Positions 42,501 through 64,000 of a stretch of DNA of 64,000 nucleotides are shown here, piece after piece. Origin of the DNA: Hormiphora californensis (taxonomy: Eukaryota > Animalia > Ctenophora). Below the pieces are notes generated by a model, which ran no database searches, was not told the DNA's origin, and saw only the letters and a program-made list of their open reading frames with translations. The position numbers and the translations under genes are program-made. How positions within the stretch are numbered: the stretch's first letter is position 1; the number at the start of each line of letters is the position of its first letter. Location of the stretch: assembly GCA_020137815.1 (NCBI GenBank), contig CM035358.1:5890001-5954000 (forward strand), given 5' to 3'.

Positions 42501-45500
42501 CTGGAGTTATGTGTGTGTTAGATCTCGTATCATGTAGCACTTGGTATAAGTGCTGATAAGTGAAGTAAACTGGACTTTATACTATTTAGGAACGAGTTTA
42601 AGTGCACCATGGTACTGTATTCTTTTGAACAACTGATAAGGCCGCCGGCCTGAGAGAAATTTTCCGGTAGTCGGTATAACTGTATATTGCTGTTTAGTAA
42701 TTAGTAAACACGCTGATGAATGGTGATTGCATTTACACCGTCATTACCATAACATAAACACAATATTACTGGGGAATTACCATAACATAAACAGTATAAT
42801 ATTATTATTCACTGACACTTCCCACCATATATGGCACTAGCAGTTACTTTGTTATGAAGTATAACAAGGGGGGCCTTGCTAGGCCTCAAATAACAACTGT
42901 TATGAACTGTCTGCAGCAGCGCCATGGACCCCAATTTGATTCTAGATCTAGACAGTGCACTCAGATGGGGTCGGTGGCGTCAGACAGGTTTATGAATAAC
43001 AGCTAGGCCCCGAGCCCCCGAATAACACTATTATCCCGGATATTAATAACAGCTATAACGATCAGACATCGAACACGAGGCACGAGCAGCTCAAAACAAT
43101 TGATTCAAGACATGTCTAATTCAAACTCGTGATATTCTCACAACTTTTCTGCACATTGAGCTATCATAGTGTACCTGAGTGATTGATGAGCCAGTATCGA
43201 CCAGCAAATCTGAGAGGTTGCACCGCTACAATCCCCGGACCAATGGGCCATGTCACTACTTTCTTGTTGTCGCACAACACAATCAGAGTCTTATCAGAGT
43301 CCACCTTTATCGTCCACATTGTGTCCACAGACAGGGGAGACATGACTAAAACAATGGGGGAGGGGGGTTACAATTGCAATATCCAAAATGTATTTTCTAC
43401 AATACCTTGATGAAACTATAGTGTTGAAGTCAGTTAACGCATACTGGTCAGTGGTCACAATGATTAAGCTTACATAAATACTTACAATCTATCTTGTGGC
43501 ACTTCGCTCCATCGTAATATGTAATCGTAGCAAGTTGTGGGTCCCAACTTATGTGAACTCTGGAAAAGTAAGCTTGTGTGAAAATCAGGCTAAGCCGCCC
43601 TCTGATTCGTTTATGTCACAACTTACTGTATTTTGAATAATAATTAATCTCTCCTTAACCGAGTTCTGCCCGTATATGTGAGATTCCCCATTAAACTGTT
43701 GTACAGAGGGCGTGTGTGTGTGTTGATCACCAGAAGGAGATATCAAAATTACTTCCCTTTACAACTTACTGTTTAGCATCATTTTCAAAGTAAAGTTTCA
43801 ACTTGAATCGACGGTTTTGTGAAATCTCAGTTAGGATCCACTGCAGGGTAAATTTATCTGTTACATCGTATTTCAATCCCCTGATAAGCTTCTTCCAATC
43901 TAAAACATGAAATAATTATGTATCAGTAAACACACACACACGCATTGAGCAAGCTCAATGTTTATCTATTCACCGGCTGGGTATAGGGCTGAGGTACTGG
44001 CAAGATACGGTGCTCCTACCCCCTCTACTAAAATAATTTTCAAGCAATGGCAAAGTCGTTTTCTAGATATGATATCCACACATTTTATGAAGTCTTCCTA
44101 CACAGTTGGGTGCAGTAGCTATTGCACATTCGCAGCTAGAACGATTGCTAAATGGAAACGGGTAAAAGTAGCTTAATAAATTGCTTACTTTTGGCAAATT
44201 GTGGGATTTGCCTGACATTCTTGTTTTCCTGTGGCCTAGTCATAGTATTACTGTTTTTAGACTTTCCTGCAGCCCCTCTCGAATCCTTCACCATACTGAT
44301 TAGTTCTCCCTCGTTCGGAAAATCTAGGTCTGTAAATGAGAGAGTATGTTATTATTTCTTGGGGGTGGTTCGCAGTTGAGAGCTGCACGGTGTTCTTCAA
44401 GTTCACGTTTCCGGAGTTTGGTCAGACATTCAAAACAAGGAATTTTCCAAACAAATATTAAAATTTCTTGTCGGGTGATTGATCATGCCAGTTATTTACT
44501 GTTTTCAAAACAATGTTAAAACTTTTAACATTGTTTTGAAAACACTGTTTTAAAGACGTACACCGTTTAGAACTGCAGATGATGCATACTACTTTCCCGC
44601 ACAATATACCTTGACCACGAATAGCGAATAACTCAATAAATTAATAAAATTACAGTAATTAAACTCACCCCCAACTACCCTATTATTATACATTACCATA
44701 ATGTGGTATTGAGGTTGAAGAGTATATGTCAGAGGTTGAGCTGTTTAACCGACCGCTGCTTCCTAGCTTGTTCTTCAGTTTCTTAAACCCAATCTGTATC
44801 TTTTGTTTTGATCCCACGCTACCTGATTATACAGATATTATTCATGATGATTAATGATTTAATATGATTGATAGATTTGACAGGTATCGATTGTTTTACG
44901 TCGGAATTTAAATTGTAACTAAATCTACACAATCCCACGCTACTTGATTAATATGATTATAGCGATGTTTAAAATAATTAGTGATATTATACTCATGAGA
45001 CTATTTTTAGCTACTATCTTTCATACAGACCACAGACTTTATGACAGGTTGCAACACCGTTCTGTCGTGCGGCAGAGTTTGGTACGCTATAACCTAGAGA
45101 CACACACACACACACAGACTTATATCGAGCTGGAAAACCAAACAATTAGTGATACTACCACTTTGAAAAGTGATTCAAGTTTCAAGCGTAGTATTTATGT
45201 TAATCACATATAAGGGGAAACTCTAACTGAATGCACACGCAGTAATGGCGTCCCTATCAACGATAAAACTCTAATTGGATGGAAGGAATGATGGACAGAA
45301 CGCGCGACCATGTCCGTGTGTTTGTCATCGGGCGCTTCGTAAAAGCCTCTTTCACAAGCAAAATGTGGCTAATCCTGACGCGCCCAGAGTGATGGCTCCC
45401 ATTATCAGTTAGAGTTTTCCAGTTGATGGGCTGCCATTACTGCTCATGCATTCAGTTAGAGTTTCCCCTTATGTACATTGCTGACGATCTCAATCTAATC

Positions 45501-46657
45501 AAACGGATTGATGGAATCTTCAACATTTATTAATTTCTTAGGTGAGTCAGGAAACAAATGGTACTCCTAGAAAAGGATTCAGGATTCCCTAAATTTTAAA
45601 GTGAGAGTGGACAGAATCAGAATGAAACAAGTTTGTTGGAGGTTGTAGAGATTAGTTCTATGAGCATTTTGTCTTTTTGCCGCTAAAAATGGACCCATCC
45701 ATCACTGATATATTTTTGTTACTCTCCACGGCGTGCCTGGTGGAATTTCTGTTTAATCAGTATGTATAAAACAGAATAGAAACAATCGTCGTGTTTTACT
45801 AACACATTCTGAATATAAGCAGTGAGGTTGACATGTCCATGCACAGAAGCAGAGCAATGCAAGTCAGCATATTAAAAATGTGTCTTATTAAAACACAAGG
45901 ATTGTTTCTATCCTGTTTGATAAATATTGATCCAGCAGGAATTGCCCGAGAGTAACAAAAATATCTCAGTGATGGATGGGTCGATTTTGAGCAGCAAAAA
46001 GGCAAAATGCTCATAGAACTAATCTCTACTGTACCTCCACAAAATTTGTCCAATTCTGATTCTGTCCACTCTCACTTAAAACCTGTACTATACCTGATCT
46101 ATTTGCCCGGTGTGCCAAGTCTGAGGTTGAATAACTTCTTGATTGACTGCTGCTCGAGCCAGAGCCTCCTGTATGGACAAAGATTAGGGCTTTTCAAGGT
46201 AAATATGTGTGTAATATTGCGGGAAAGAGCCGTAAAATGGCGGGAAATTGATATAAAAATGGCGGGAAAGATATGAAAACGGCGGGAAATTAGGTTACCT
46301 ACCTGTCATTAGCTTTTGTCGTTGGCTGTATCTCTCTTCATTGATTTTAAATGAAAGTTTCCGGTTGTCTGGTATGGAGGTTAGGTTTTGTTCCGATTGG
46401 CTGATTCGACCTGTAGCACATGTGGAATAGGAATATGTCATTAATTAGTTAATTAATTAGTGACTAATTAGTGTTGACAGAATCCATTATCAATAAATGA
46501 GATCTAAAAACGATAAGGCAATAAACTATTGTTTGACGTGAAAACCGTTGATTATTCACTCAATTGAAAGTTTACTGTTTCCCAGTACCTACACCTGTGG
46601 TTGTATAAATTCCGTTTCAAAATTTTAAAGACCTGTTACTACTTAGTACTTACGCAT
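39551..46657 (-). CDS. Multi-exon (~16) gene, unknown protein with Ser-rich N-terminus, central beta-rich domain and C-terminal coiled coil
   Basis: Largely phase-consistent GT-AG exons from ATGC|gtaagt (46657) through RISQSEQNL..., NWKKLIRGLKYDV..., WTIKVDSDKTLIVLCDNKKV..., LVNHPVTPSD repeats, ELKKQLEMRSKEHE...LEERIVQLE...INELEELCKHLEHRL to TGA at 39553-39551. Confidence 0.72.
45214..45468. mobile_element. Harbinger-like MITE copy (intronic)
   Basis: Same TIR as 39045-39334 with a different interior. Confidence 0.8.
45600..46076. mobile_element. TTAA-flanked foldback MITE (Kolobok-like), ~130-bp imperfect TIRs
   Basis: ttaaagtgagagtggacagaatcagaat... / ...attctgattctgtccactctcacttaa. Confidence 0.78.
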
Positions 46658-47371
46658 GATGTATGATTTGTAACAACACACAACACAATGTAGACACTGT
46701 ATATGAAATGAGGCGGCTGTAAACTGAGAGCTGCAGACGTGTTGTTGACCTAACTGAACTAGCACACACACACACAATACACATCAACAACGATCTTGTG
46801 TTAATAGTTTGTGAGAGAGAGATATTGGTATAATGAGTGTATTGACTGTAATTGCATGCATTGTGCAGATTCATATTTCTGGTGGTATCAGTTCACATTC
46901 GGCATTCCTAGTAATGACCTCCCAATTTTGATATTCCCGAATAGTGTCATAATTGAATGTTCAAATCAACCCAACTATTTCCTGGGAACAAAAATAATCG
47001 TGAAGGGATTATAAATTTTGAAATGTGAATCAAATTGAACGAAAGAATAGCTTTTGAATAAAAGTTAAACTGGAAATGTACGATACAGTCGGACTTTGAT
47101 TTACCGAGCACCCTAGATTTACCAGGCAAAATCTCTTTCCCCGAGGATCCCGGTAAATAGGGGTCCGACTGTACAAAAAAAGCCTCAATCAATTCATGAA
47201 CAATTCTGCAAAGAAAAGATACAGCTTCTGTTAACAAGCTGCCGAAGACATTTGTATTCTGTGTTAATAGATGCACTGATCAGAGCTGGTGTATAGAAAA
47301 ATTAGAACTCGCACATAGCACACACAACCCATTTACTGATCCTTCTCTCTCTATATCTCTCTCTCTCTCTC

Positions 47372-47472
<101 letters not shown>

Positions 47473-48307
47473 GCTTCTTCCTGCCGACACACTCCAGAAA
47501 GCTAATTGATGGTGATCAAACCTTTGGAATGTGTTATTATTTTGTATCGGGACAAAATCAGGGAGGCCTAAAGATAGGTCAATTATTGACAAATTACAAG
47601 TGTTAGTATTAGAAATATTCACATACCCGCATATAGTTGCATCACTAATTACACAAGTTACAACAAGTAACGACTATATGACACATTATAATTCAGCATG
47701 GTTAACGGATGTAGTTCCAGCAAACTGTGTCAGCAGCAATGCTGCGGAATAATAATATGTTGGATTGATTTGACGGATCGTAATCCGGACGAAACGAGGA
47801 TAGTTAAATTGTCAAGGAGTTTTAGTTGGTAGAGATTTTTCGAGTTCCATAAAGATTGTTGAAGTCAATGTAAAAAGTTTTCACAATTTCACACCAAACA
47901 GACAGCACCAACCAGACAACGTATTGTATTGGAGGACTGTTTTAAGCTAAGTTCTCTTCGACAAACACGCTGAGAGATAGGTATCGGTTTGTCTATCAGA
48001 ATTTTTCCAGAGTTCCAGAGTTAGAGAGGTATAGCGTGGACAGTGTGTCGAGTGTGAAAAGAACAAAATACGGCGGACCACACACTGTAGCGTTGTCGTC
48101 TTTATTCCCCTCGACCTCTCTATCTTTATCTCATTTCTTTACTATAGTCACTCCCTTCATCTCCCTGTCTCCATGTATCCCTCACTTTCCTCCAGGGTGT
48201 TTTTTGGAGGGAGAGCGGGCGACGAGGGAGAGAGGAGAGAGAGAGAGAGAGAGAGAGAGTAAGACGTAGAGTGAGAGAGTCTCTCCTATCTTCCTCATCT
48301 CTTCTCT

Positions 48308-48367
<60 letters not shown>

Positions 48368-48723
48368 TCCCTCTCCCGCTCAGCTGTCGACACCTCCAAG
48401 ACCTGCTTCGCGGTCCAGGCGGCTTGCGGCTTTGGAATGTACACTTGCACTATATCGATTGAACACACCCACATATATTATTTTGGAGGGTTCCACATAA
48501 TACATAATCCAAACCGTCAGAGCATTGGCCTGGCCCTATTCACATCCTGGTATAAATTACTTCTTTACAGTTTGAAAAAAAGAAACACGCGATACATCTC
48601 TCTACAAATGCATTCTTCCAGTTGTAGAAAAGTCCTGTCAGAGCATTGGCCAGACCCTAGCCTATTATTGTCATTTCTTTCGGAGAACAACGATCAGAGC
48701 ATTGTTCTGACAGAAGAATTATA

Positions 48724-49240
48724 GATTCAAGATTCAAGATTCAAATTAAAAAGTATTCAACAGTATTTAACAATACATACTATTATTGTCATCTAACTAT
48801 AGGTAATAAGGTGGGAGTAGGTCGTAGGAGGGGTAGAGAGAGGGCCAGGGGTCAGAGGGCCGGGGTAAGTGATGGGTTGAGAGGAATGGTATATGGGTAT
48901 CTCACTCTTCACTCTTCACTGAAGACTTCAGGTCTGTTATATTTATGGAATGCACCTGTTTATGCAGTAAAGGAGAATTCCCTTCATTTATTCATATCTC
49001 ATCTCCTGGCGCGCTCTCTCTTTGCTTTGGCATGAACTGTGTACACATGGGTATATGTCATGAGCTCTTGAATCCAGCTTGTAGTATCAGAATAGTATAT
49101 TCTGAGAATACTGTGAAGAATTTCTGGTACATATTGACACATTTCCGGCCTGGATTCACATTTGTTCCATGTACATTATCGATATGTGTACTGCTGTAGC
49201 ACTGGTAGCGCACGTGTATGACATACACATGGCCTATGTA
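48724..49240 (-). mobile_element. Probable decayed 3' end of a CR1/L2-type LINE
   Basis: (TTGAATC)n tail on the minus strand at 48724-48744 preceded by a C-rich tract; the same tail occurs at ~4099-4122. Confidence 0.4.
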
Positions 49241-49713
49241 CAGAACACAGTGTGAATTTGTGTGGTGACGGGTCCATTTCGAAAATGAGTTAACTAATTG
49301 TACCGACTGTCAGTAATTAAAGTTGTAATGTGTTCACATACACTTGTTTTGCTGTGATAGGTTTTCGTTGAGTTCTATTGTCATCGAGATGTATAATTCC
49401 ATTGAATCTAAAATTCTAAAAGTTAGTCCTCACGTTATATGCGACACATGACTATTATAATAGCAGTAACATGCTCTAGAATAAGTGGAGGTCAAGTACC
49501 TACTATACTGCTACTCGTTAATTATTCTATGAGTTAACTATTCAGCATGTAATGGGTCCTATTCTAGAGCTTTTTATATCTCAGCAAAATAGTTCGCACG
49601 TTCCCGGTTTCCTGTCAATTTCCAATTTCTTTTTTTTTCTCTCTCTCTTTTGTTCTATCTCTTTCTCTCTCTCTCTTTCTCTCTCTCTCTCTCGCTCTCT
49701 CTCTCGCTCTCTC

Positions 49714-49765
<52 letters not shown>

Positions 49766-50480
49766 CAGAGAAAGAGAGAGAGAGAAAGAAAAGTATAATT
49801 AAGGAAGGAGGCTGCGGATGAAATTATAATTCTAATTTCGTCTAAAAAGCGCGTGTCCTAAGTATTGAGATAGATTTTGCAGCCCCCGGCAGCCCCTTTG
49901 TCTGTTTTGCGGCAGTTCAATACATCAGACGTACTACTGAAAGTTTCGTAAGTACAGTCCAGCAGTGGAACTAAAAGTTCTTTTGACCTCTGGAGACCGG
50001 ACTAGGAAGTAGCAGCTGTGCCAAGTTTAGAAAGTACTGAATTTGTTTCTTTGATAGACCTGCAGGGACAACACCCAACAATTTTAAACTGTTTTCCCGA
50101 ATAGAGAAAATGACTGCTCAAACAATTTATAAAATGAACTGCATAAAGAAGCTTTGTTATTTTGATCTAGCCTGCAGGAGATCGGAGAATCACAATTCTA
50201 TATTTAAACTGCAATCGATTCATCATACTCAAAACTTTTCAACAATTTTCCATTTTGCGTACTAAATCATTTTCCAAAATTAGTTATGAATAGACCTAAT
50301 TAATGATTATCTCTCATGTTTCCCGTTGTCTTTATCTCCCCTCTCTGATCTGTCTCTGTCTCTGTCTCTGTCTCTGTCTCTGTCTCTGTCTTTGTCTCTG
50401 TCTCTGTCTCTGTCTGTCTCTGTCTCTCTCCCAGATAGATAGAGAGAGAGAGAGAGATAGTAGAGAGAGAGAGAGAGTGT

Positions 50481-50529
<49 letters not shown>

Positions 50530-51219
50530 CCTCTCTATCTATCTATCTATCTCCCTATCTCTCTGTGTCGTCTAGGAAACTGCATCATTATATCGGTGCA
50601 TAGCCAGTGCGTGTCGATTGTAACTCGCACTCCATTTCCGTTAAGCTACATTCGTCTCGGCAACATGAGTAACTTGTTAGTAGAGTGTGTTCATCGCAAT
50701 AAATTCATTCATCTTAATATTAAATGTGTAGAGTCCGCTAGTTTGCCGTAGTGTTACACCGTTATTCCTCTTGTCTCCTGTCAGAGCATTGGCCTGAGAA
50801 CCGTGCATGATCAGAGCATTGTCAGCTGACACCCTATATCTTTACCATAAACTATCCAAGTTCTTCAGTTTATAACAGCTCGTATATTTAGTACAATTTT
50901 AGGACGTTTTTGTGGTCAGGGCCTTATGCTTCATTCCTTAGTGCTGTTAATTACTTTCCAATTAAGCAAATTATGGTTTTCTCATTTCGTTATGAAAAAA
51001 TACATTCGATTCGTATTCTAAAAATTGTTTTTTAGATTTGAAAAGTTTTTAGACAATGACCTGTTTCTTTAGCAGATATTTAACGAATATTTAATATTTT
51101 GATACAAAGACAGTAGACACAAAGTAGACTTTCTAAACGTATCTCCATGATAGGTCTATTAGAAGAAGGTTGAGACGCGTGGTGGTATAATTGTGAGGAT
51201 CAGTATGTATTGTTGAGGG

Positions 51220-53276
<2,057 letters not shown>

Positions 53277-53321
53277 ACCAGGCATGAATTAGTGAATTAT
53301 CATTTCGCCCGAACTGTTTAA

Positions 53322-54712
53322 GGGTACGCTAACCAAAATTTTTTTTCGAGTGCAGGGAAATCTCTCACCGTAGGGTTGTAGGCCATGCCAAGGAGACCTC
53401 AAATATGCAATTTGAGCTCTCAAGTCGAATTCATATTTTTGCTACAGCTGCTTGAAAAATGAACTGTAAATACGTTTTTGGCATCTCAAAAAAATTTTTT
53501 AAAGATAGAAGCATGAAAATTTGGGGATTTGAAGAGGACATGAAGGGGAATAACCACAAAAATTTTTTTGCAATCCGAGCTGATTTCCGGTCCCGAGATG
53601 GATTTCTTTTTTTTCCACTTTAACGCCCTATTTGGCAAAGTTCCGAAAACATGTGAAAGCTGTAAATTGGTGAAAAGTTTCGTCTAACGATTATCTAAGT
53701 GGCCATAAATTTTGGGCGTGTCCTTATTTGAGATAAGCTGTACAGAGTTTTTTTGTGAAAGCCGTCATTTCAGAAATAAATAAATTGCCTGTATCTCAAA
53801 AACGGCTGATCGTAGAGACCTGAGACTATGCTTAAACGATTCAGAAGGTCCGATTTTGGGTGGGTCTTCTGAGAGACATTTTGCTCCTACTTCAACCGTT
53901 TTTGCTGTAATTGCGAAAAACAAAAAACCATCTTCGCCATCGTGGATTTTTTGTGATTTTGTTTTTGGTGATTATAGGGACCCCATATGGACCAAATAGT
54001 GAAGGAATTAGCTTGTTACACATTTTTCCATAGTTTCGGTCCTTTTCTTAGCCACAATTCCCTAATTACAGGATATTGGAGTTTAGCTTTTGCCCTTTTC
54101 CATAGAATTTGTTTTTCGCAATTACAGCAAAAAACGGTTTGCAGTAGGAGCAAAATGTCTCTCAGAAGACCCCCCCAAATCGGACCTTCTGAATCGTTTA
54201 AGCATAGTCTCAGGTCTCTACGATCAGCCGTTTTTGAGATACAGGCAATTTATTATTTTCTGAAATGACGGCTTTCACAAAAAAAACTCTGTACAGCTTA
54301 TCTCAAATAAGGACACGCCCAAAATTTATGGCCACTTAGATAATCGTTTAGGCGAAACTTTTCACCAATTTACAGCTTTCACATGTTTTCGGAACTTTGC
54401 CAAATAGGGCGTTAAAGTGGAAAAAAGAAATCCATCTCAGGACCGGAAATCAGCTCGGATTGCAAAAAATTTTTTGTGGTTATTCCCCTTCATGTCCTCT
54501 TCAAATCCCCAAATTTTCATGCGTCTATCTTTAAAAATTTTTTTTTGAGATGCCAAAAACGTATTTACAGTTCATTTTTCAAGCAGCTGTAGCAAAAATA
54601 TGAATTCGACTTGAGAGCTCAAATTGCATATTTGAGGTCTCCTTGGCATGGCCTACAACCCTACGGTGAGAGATTTCCCTGCACTCGAAAAAAAATTTTG
54701 GTTAGCGTACCC
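53322..54712. mobile_element. 1391-bp foldback element with ~600-bp near-perfect TIRs and TTAA TSD (Kolobok-like, non-autonomous)
   Basis: ttaa|gggtacgctaacc...ggttagcgtaccc|ttaa; arms ~53322-53923 / ~54108-54712. Confidence 0.92.
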
Positions 54713-55536
54713 TTAACTGGACTATGTTATTTGGGACGGGTAACGTTCGGTTATCTGTATGGAAACGAACCTCAAAGCAAAAACTGTTAATTTTAGAGGT
54801 ACCCAAAGACTTTTTGATGGAATGATACATTTGATTATTTGAATTCTTGAAACTTTGAGATCAGTCTATTCCATTATCACATTATTCTGCAGCAGTCGGA
54901 GGTTCAGGAAAAAGGATTTTCCCGGACCTGGATATGTGCAGTTTGAAATTGAATGAGTGTACATTTTGTATACAATATACATTGTACATTGGCGCGCGTG
55001 TACAATGTACAAAATGACATTTACTCAACTTGAGTCTCGAGTGAAATGGCCCAATTAGACTGCAAGTGCATTATCAGAGGTATTGGTTCAGAGCATATGT
55101 ACAGACTTATAACAGTGGTCAGTGCAAGATTGAAGATTAACTTGTGTCCATGTTGCAGTGACCCATGTATAATTCCAAGTCGAGGTACGGCCACGAGATC
55201 TGTGCCCCATAATTTCATGTCAAGGTAAATGCTGTCAATGACAACTCTCCATATTTTCAGCGCGCCGCGCCTCCCACACCGTGAGGGCGCGCGGTACAAC
55301 GCGGGAGGACAGAGACTCAGCTGGGAATCACTGAGGGAGGGGGTGGGGGGGGGGGGGGGTGTGTGCCGGTTCAGGGATCTTAAATCTTGATCATAGGATA
55401 AAACATAGAACAATACTCGTGAATTTGTTACACAAAACATAATTATACAACAACAATTTATACATTAACGCATTCAAAAGAACGTTACAATTACACATCT
55501 GAATTCTGAAAATAAAATAAAGTTTCACTGCTCTTT

Positions 55537-63974
<8,438 letters not shown>

Positions 63975-64000
63975 ACTATTGGGATAGAAAGATTGGGATA

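Noticed and set aside
55021-55440. 139-aa minus ORF and GC hairpin at ~55261-55293
   Set aside because: No recognisable motif or splice structure; could be a TE fragment but cannot be supported.

Overview
AT-rich, microsatellite- and MITE-dense eukaryotic DNA with short GT-AG introns. An intronless LDLa-repeat GPCR without LRRs, the repeat families and a spliced-leader-like motif suggest a ctenophore, probably Pleurobrachia-like (inference). Hand-splicing gives these genes: an LDLa-rich GRL101-like GPCR (8108-11524, -), a single-C2H2 zinc-finger gene (14236-17118, -), a divergent MysC-like ATP-grasp gene (~29780-35720, -), a coiled-coil gene (39551-46657, -), a GPI-anchored Ly6/uPAR-type gene (51220-53276, +) and a SPATA22-like meiotic OB-fold gene (55537-63974, -). 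Mobile DNA includes a 3.47-kb non-autonomous Polinton/Maverick derivative (AGTAGT ends, ~560-bp TIRs, 6-bp TSD), a 5'-truncated Gypsy with its 3' LTR, TTAA foldback elements, a Helentron-like element and several MITE families. A family of 46-63-bp insertions has constant ends and a hypervariable GC-rich core. Tandem duplications repeatedly straddle splice junctions. Several single-base frameshifts and ragged microsatellites suggest local consensus errors, so pseudogene calls are tentative. All homology calls come from motif recognition, not database searches.
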